A DNA stretch of 32,000 nucleotides from Pseudothermotoga thermarum DSM 5069 (GTDB taxonomy: Bacteria > Thermotogota > Thermotogae > Thermotogales > DSM-5069): the NCBI RefSeq assembly GCF_000217815.1, contig NC_015707.1, positions 1,010,014 through 1,042,013 on the forward strand. Direction: 5' to 3'. Positions 27,587-32,000 of the stretch are shown piece by piece. How positions within the stretch are numbered: position 1 is the first letter of the stretch; the number at the start of each line of letters is the position of its first letter. The notes beneath the pieces are model-generated. The model saw nothing but the letters and a program-made list of their open reading frames with translations, was not told the origin of the DNA and did not search any database. Made by a program: the position numbers and the translations under genes.

Positions 27587-29719
27587 ATGATAATTGTTTC
27601 ACAGTCGGTGGAAGAAATACTTTCCTTATCTGCAAGAAAATTTTCCGAAGAAGACATAGAAAAGCTTGAAAAAGCCTATCGTTTGGCTGTTTATGCCCAT
27701 GAAGGAAAATACAGAGAGTCCGGTGAACCATTTGTTACTCATCCTGTTGAAGTTTGCAAAATATTGGCTCAGATGAACGTTGACATTGAAACCTTAATAG
27801 CAGCGTTGCTTCATGACGTTGTCGAAGACAGCGATGGGAAAGTAAAACTGGAAGACATAGAAAAAGAGTTTGGAAAGCAAATAGTTCGAATAGTCGATGG
27901 CGTTACAAAGGTAAGTAGGTTGAATGCGCCGGTTGGAGCAAGTGACTCACGCTTGAAACTTGAAACGATTCAAAAAATGCTCTTTGCCATGGCAGAAGAT
28001 ATAAGGGTGATATTCGTAAAGTTAGCAGATAGGCTTCACAACATGCGTACAATCGAATACGTTAAGGATGAGTCAAAAAAAGCATACAAAGCCCTTGAGA
28101 CTTTGGAAATTTATGCTCCCATTGCCCACAAGCTTGGGATTTATTCCATAAAGTGGGAACTCGAAGACTTGTCGTTCAAAGTTCTTCACAGAGAAGAATA
28201 CAACATGATAAAAAGCTTGGTTGCCGAAAAGAAAAAAGAAAGAGAACAACGGATCAAAGAGTACATTGAAACTTTGAAGGCGGCTCTTCTGGAGCACGAC
28301 ATAGTTGCAACCGTTGAAGGACGGTTCAAGCATTATTACAGCATTTGGCAAAAGTTAAAAGAAAAGGGAAAAGATTTCAGTGAAATATACGATCTTTTTG
28401 GCGTTCGAGCAATAGTTGAAGATATTCCAACTTGCTACACCGTTCTTGGTATAGTTCACAGCATATGGAAACCTTTGCCTGGAAGGATAAAAGATTATAT
28501 AGCCGCTCCAAAATCCAACGGCTATAGATCACTTCATACAACGGTTATAACTGGCTATGGTGAACCTTTGGAGGTCCAAATCAGAGACAAGCAAATGCAT
28601 GCAGAAGCCGAATATGGTTTAATTGCGCACTGGATATACAAAGAAGGGATCAACGTAAAGGTCATGCAAAAGTGGGTTACCCAATTGCTTGAATGGCGAA
28701 AAGAACTAGCAAAGGATCTTGCTGGAGTAGAAGACTTGAAAAAAGAACTGCAAATGGATGAAGTTTTTGTGTTCACACCAAAAGGTGAAATAAAGCATCT
28801 TCCAGTTGGTGCCACTCCGATAGATTTTGCCTATGCCGTGCATACCGACATCGGCCACAGATTCGCTGGGGCTAAGGTAAACGGAAAATTGGTGCCGATA
28901 AATTATCAACTTCAAAACGGCGACATAGTTGAAATTATTGTGAACAAATCTGGTCCAAGACCAAGTCTGGATTGGTTGAAATACGCCAAATCCCCAAGAA
29001 CCAAAGCAAAAATTAGAAAATTTTTCAGGGAGCAGCTTAGAAATGAGTTAATAGACAGAGGAAAAGAAGTTGTCAGAAAAGTTGCTAGAAGATTGTCAAG
29101 ATCTATCGAAGAAATTTTGGAAAGCGATGTTGTGAAGAAATACTTGCAAGGACAAGGTATTTCCGAAGAAGAGTTCTTCTGCAGAATAGGTGAAGGAACA
29201 ATAACCTTTGGAGATCTGTTAAATCTTTTAAAGCCATTCTCCGAAAAGCAAAAGGAAAAGATTCAGAAAAAGCCGAAGAATACCTCACTTTTATCTGAAA
29301 TAGAAGTTTCAGGTGTTAAGAATATTGAGCTAAGGCTTGCAAAGTGTTGCTCGCCAATTCCTGGCGATGAAATCGTAGCAATTGCTAGTCGGCGCGGCAT
29401 GTCTGTTCACAAAGTAAATTGCCCAAATCTCAAAGGTGTTCCTGTAGAAAGGATTTTCTCAGCCACTTGGAATACAGCTACCCAACGTTATTACGAAGCC
29501 ACGTTGATTGTAGAACTTCGAGATAAGAGTTTGATAGGCAAGATAATTCAATCACTTGAAAATATAGGTGTTATCATTGAAAAGGCAGAGTTTCAAACAA
29601 CACGTTGGAATTATTCCATAGCGACAATTAGAGTGCATGTGAAAAACTTGGCGCATTTTGAGGAGGCTAGGAAAATAATTTCACAACTAGAAGGAGTTGT
29701 CAATGTAGAAAGGGGTTAG
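27587..29719 (+). CDS. rel: Bifunctional (p)ppGpp synthetase/hydrolase (RelA/SpoT homologue)
   Basis: HD hydrolase motif (HPVEVCKIL...LLHDVVEDS), a RelA_SpoT synthetase region (YRSLHTTV), and TGS and ACT-like C-terminal domains. 710 aa. Confidence 0.95.
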   Translation: MIIVSQSVEEILSLSARKFSEEDIEKLEKAYRLAVYAHEGKYRESGEPFVTHPVEVCKILAQMNVDIETLIAALLHDVVEDSDGKVKLEDIEKEFGKQIVRIVDGVTKVSRLNAPVGASDSRLKLETIQKMLFAMAEDIRVIFVKLADRLHNMRTIEYVKDESKKAYKALETLEIYAPIAHKLGIYSIKWELEDLSFKVLHREEYNMIKSLVAEKKKEREQRIKEYIETLKAALLEHDIVATVEGRFKHYYSIWQKLKEKGKDFSEIYDLFGVRAIVEDIPTCYTVLGIVHSIWKPLPGRIKDYIAAPKSNGYRSLHTTVITGYGEPLEVQIRDKQMHAEAEYGLIAHWIYKEGINVKVMQKWVTQLLEWRKELAKDLAGVEDLKKELQMDEVFVFTPKGEIKHLPVGATPIDFAYAVHTDIGHRFAGAKVNGKLVPINYQLQNGDIVEIIVNKSGPRPSLDWLKYAKSPRTKAKIRKFFREQLRNELIDRGKEVVRKVARRLSRSIEEILESDVVKKYLQGQGISEEEFFCRIGEGTITFGDLLNLLKPFSEKQKEKIQKKPKNTSLLSEIEVSGVKNIELRLAKCCSPIPGDEIVAIASRRGMSVHKVNCPNLKGVPVERIFSATWNTATQRYYEATLIVELRDKSLIGKIIQSLENIGVIIEKAEFQTTRWNYSIATIRVHVKNLAHFEEARKIISQLEGVVNVERG

Positions 29720-29724
29720 GGAAG

Positions 29725-30174
29725 GTGAGAGCAGTAGTTCAAAGAGTTCATAGAGCAGCTGTGGCTGTTGATGGCAAAACCGTTGGTTCCATTGGCAAAG
29801 GTCTGTTGGTTTTAGTTGGAGTTGGGATTAGAGACACCGAAGCGGACCTGGATTGGATGTGTGACAAGATAATCAATCTTCGCATTTTTGAAGATGAAAA
29901 CGGCAAGATGAACTTGAGCTTGCTTGATGTAAAGGGAGAACTACTTGTTGTTTCACAATTCACGCTTTATGGGGACTGTCGTAAAGGGAGAAGGCCATCT
30001 TTCAGCGAAGCAGCTCCCGTAGAACGTGGAAAGGAACTGTACGATTTGTTCGTAAAAAAACTAAAGGAAAAGCTACCAAAAGTGGAACAAGGTATTTTTG
30101 GAGCTCATATGGAAGTAGAGCTTGTAAACGATGGACCTGTGACGTTACTTCTTGACAGTGAAAGGAAGTTTTGA
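29725..30174 (+). CDS. dtd: D-aminoacyl-tRNA deacylase
   Basis: MRAVVQRV...GLLVLVGV...[17 protein letters not shown]. 149 aa with a GTG start. The classic rel-dtd adjacency. Confidence 0.93.
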   Translation: MRAVVQRVHRAAVAVDGKTVGSIGKGLLVLVGVGIRDTEADLDWMCDKIINLRIFEDENGKMNLSLLDVKGELLVVSQFTLYGDCRKGRRPSFSEAAPVERGKELYDLFVKKLKEKLPKVEQGIFGAHMEVELVNDGPVTLLLDSERKF

Positions 30175-30175
30175 A

Positions 30176-30778
30176 ATGAAAGTTTTGTTACACGTTTGCT
30201 GTGCACCGGATGCCACAGTCGCGGTAAAAAGACTTAGGCAAAGTGGTTTAGAACCGATTTTGTATTTTTACAACCCAAACATAGAACCAATTGAAGAATA
30301 TGAAAAAAGGTTAGAAGCAACAAAGTTGCTTGCTGAAGCTTGGGGGCTTGAATTGATTGAGGACAGATCGGGTTACGATGAATGGAAAGATTCCATAAAG
30401 GGACTTGAAAACCTTGGTGAAAGGTCAAAAAGGTGTGAAGCCTGTATAGCCCATAGATTGAAAAAAACAGCTTTAAAAGCTCTTTCGCTTGGCGTGGAAT
30501 TTTTCTGCACAACGCTTACTACCAGTCCAAAAAAGGATTCCAAATATATAAATTCCCTTGGAAAAAAACTGGAACTAGAATTTGGCGTAAAGTTTTTGGA
30601 GGCAGACTTCAAAAAGCAGGATGGTTTCAAACAGAGTGTTGAACTAAGTAAAGCACTTGGTTTGTACAGACAAAATTACTGTGGGTGTATTTATTCTCTA
30701 AAAGAAAAACAACTTCGGAGTGGGAAAGATGAAACTGTTCATCGCAAAATCGATGGAGGTTCTTCACAACGACTTTGA
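30176..30778 (+). CDS. queH: Epoxyqueuosine reductase QueH (DUF208)
   Basis: LLHVCCAPD...RCEACIAHRL...TTLTTSPKK...NYCGCIYS is the conserved Cys pattern. ATG 30176 lies 7 nt after GAAAGGAAG and 1 nt after the dtd stop. Confidence 0.88.
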   Translation: MKVLLHVCCAPDATVAVKRLRQSGLEPILYFYNPNIEPIEEYEKRLEATKLLAEAWGLELIEDRSGYDEWKDSIKGLENLGERSKRCEACIAHRLKKTALKALSLGVEFFCTTLTTSPKKDSKYINSLGKKLELEFGVKFLEADFKKQDGFKQSVELSKALGLYRQNYCGCIYSLKEKQLRSGKDETVHRKIDGGSSQRL

Positions 30779-31523
30779 TTTCAATTTTCTTGAACATCCC
30801 GCTTTTTTCACTCTTTATGAGTGCGATGTCCCTATTTTGCTTCGTATAGAAGGTTACCAAATGCAGTTTGTTAAATTGAACACACTCTTTGGCCCGGTAA
30901 TAGTTGGATTCGACAAAGAAGAGTTTCCAATCCAAGCGCTACAAAGTCATGTTGAAAAGCTATTGATGGCCAAAAAAAGCTATCCTGAGAATATTTCAAA
31001 GATTAGCGACCTTGTTGGAGATTGGAAAGGAGAACGTGTAATAGGTATTCTTGAAACCGAAGATTTGCAAGATAGAATGGAATACAGGGTAAGTCTTTCA
31101 AAGTTTGCAATCGATGTTGTCAACTTGGGTAAAAAGGATTTATATGCTTTTCCAACCGCTGACATTTCGGTAGGTTTTGATTGTCGGCTTAGTCTTTCTA
31201 TGCCAAGTTCTGATAAACTTGAAGCGATCAGGCAAGCTTGTGTTGTCGATCGTTATGCTGTTTTCAAAGGTACTTTGTCGTATGACAAACTGCTTTACCA
31301 TGATTCTTTTTCGATTCACTTGGATGAAGAAGATGTACCTTTTATTGAAAGTAAGCTTTTGTTTCGCGATTACGAAAAACTGGCAAGGAAATTTTCTATT
31401 CGCAAAGAAGAAGTTTTTCAAAGGCAGATGCAGTTAGAACAAAAATATTGGTTGTTCTTTGAAAATTTCGTTGACGAATATTTGTACAACTTTGCACTCA
31501 GAAAAAGGGTGATGAAACAGTGA
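30729..31523 (+). CDS. Uncharacterised protein (264 aa), no recognisable motif
   Basis: ATG 30729 lies 8 nt after CGGAG (or GTG 30720). It overlaps the queH 3' end by 50 nt. Its stop overlaps the GTG start of the next gene (GTGA). Confidence 0.6.
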   Translation: MKLFIAKSMEVLHNDFDFNFLEHPAFFTLYECDVPILLRIEGYQMQFVKLNTLFGPVIVGFDKEEFPIQALQSHVEKLLMAKKSYPENISKISDLVGDWKGERVIGILETEDLQDRMEYRVSLSKFAIDVVNLGKKDLYAFPTADISVGFDCRLSLSMPSSDKLEAIRQACVVDRYAVFKGTLSYDKLLYHDSFSIHLDEEDVPFIESKLLFRDYEKLARKFSIRKEEVFQRQMQLEQKYWLFFENFVDEYLYNFALRKRVMKQ

Positions 31524-31933
31524 AAGATATTGTCGCAATCGTGATTTGGTCTAAGCCAGAACACATCAGATTGGCCCGCGCAGTGTTATCCGCCTATCTT
31601 AGGTTGAAAGAGATAAAGGAACAAGATATCTTGGATTTAGAACTTGGCTTGAACGAAGCTTTGGCGAACGTTATAAAGCATACTTACAAATTTGACTCTT
31701 CCAAGCAGATAAAAATATCTTTCGGTTGGTCTGAAGAGAAAAGAGAACTTTTGATAGCCATCAGGGACTATGGGTGTGCAGTAAATCCAACGATTTTTTG
31801 TCATGTGTCCCCTCCTAATCCTTATAAAGAAGGTGGTTTTGGCTTGTACATCATAAAGAAGATCTTTGATGAAGTTGAACTTGTAAACCTTGAAAGGGGA
31901 AATCTTTTGAAACTTAGGAAGGTTTTTCTATGA
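31520..31933 (+). CDS. RsbW/SpoIIAB-like anti-sigma-factor-type serine kinase (GHKL ATPase domain only)
   Basis: 137 aa. N-box ELGLNEALANVIKH, G1 IRDYG, G2 GGFGLYIIKKIF. GTG start 7 nt after GGGTGA. Confidence 0.8.
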   Translation: MKDIVAIVIWSKPEHIRLARAVLSAYLRLKEIKEQDILDLELGLNEALANVIKHTYKFDSSKQIKISFGWSEEKRELLIAIRDYGCAVNPTIFCHVSPPNPYKEGGFGLYIIKKIFDEVELVNLERGNLLKLRKVFL

Positions 31934-32000
31934 GCAGTGTTGTGCACATAGTTGGTGGAGGACTGGCTGGCTCTGAAGCAGCTTATCAACTTGCAAAAAG
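31930..32000 (+). CDS. trmFO: Methylenetetrahydrofolate--tRNA-(uracil54-C5)-methyltransferase TrmFO, 5' end only
   Basis: MSSVVHIVGGGLAGSEAAYQLAK is the TrmFO/Gid N-terminal FAD fold. The ATG overlaps the upstream stop (ATGA). Truncated by the window edge. Confidence 0.8.
   Translation, partial: MSSVVHIVGGGLAGSEAAYQLAK

Noticed and set aside
1-32000. A scan for CRISPR repeats, IS elements or inverted terminal repeats, integrases, toxin-antitoxin pairs, restriction-modification or other defence genes, and large direct repeats.
   Set aside because: None found by eye. Every ORF over 100 aa that is not antisense is either a recognisable housekeeping gene or one of four unknowns embedded in housekeeping operons. 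A computational repeat search (self dot-plot) would be needed to exclude short dispersed repeats.

Overview
This is a dense, almost fully coding 32-kb stretch of core chromosome. It looks like a (hyper)thermophilic, probably Thermotogota-like bacterium. That is an inference from four things: a full-length reverse gyrase; a roughly 40% G+C background (by eye) against very GC-rich tRNAs and RNase P RNA; long GGAGGTGA-type Shine-Dalgarno sites 5-9 nt upstream of almost every start; and a LonC-type protease. I can support 27 protein-coding genes (two partial at the window edges), three tRNAs (Lys-UUU, Leu-UAG, Gly-GCC, all with encoded CCA), one type-A RNase P RNA, and several intrinsic terminators and sigma70-like promoters. 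Gene content is dominated by translation and tRNA/rRNA modification (miaB, rpsB, tsaB, prfB, tlyA, truA, rnpB, fmt, def, mnmG, rel, dtd, queH, trmFO), protein export (secA) and DNA maintenance (uvrA, reverse gyrase). Genes are packed in long same-strand runs with 4-nt ATGA/GTGA overlaps, and the SD sites sit inside the upstream gene. I see no CRISPR array, IS/transposase, integrase, prophage or recognisable defence genes, and I cannot honestly claim a convincing new multi-gene system. The leads worth a second look are: (1) a C-run-rich, GC-rich island ending in a strong terminator with no gene attached, a candidate anti-SD small RNA; (2) a structured GC-rich rpsB leader; (3) rnpB wedged between fmt and truA with 11-nt and about 28-nt spacers inside a ~10.5-kb gene train; (4) a 151-nt out-of-frame overlap between truA and a membrane-anchored unknown; (5) mnmG, which can only start at a non-canonical CTG (or ATC) codon; (6) an orphan RsbW/SpoIIAB-type kinase translationally coupled to an unknown 264-aa protein inside a tRNA-modification operon; (7) an FmdB zinc-ribbon gene coupled to a Lon protease with degenerate Walker motifs. 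All family calls come from motif recognition by eye. No database search was run.
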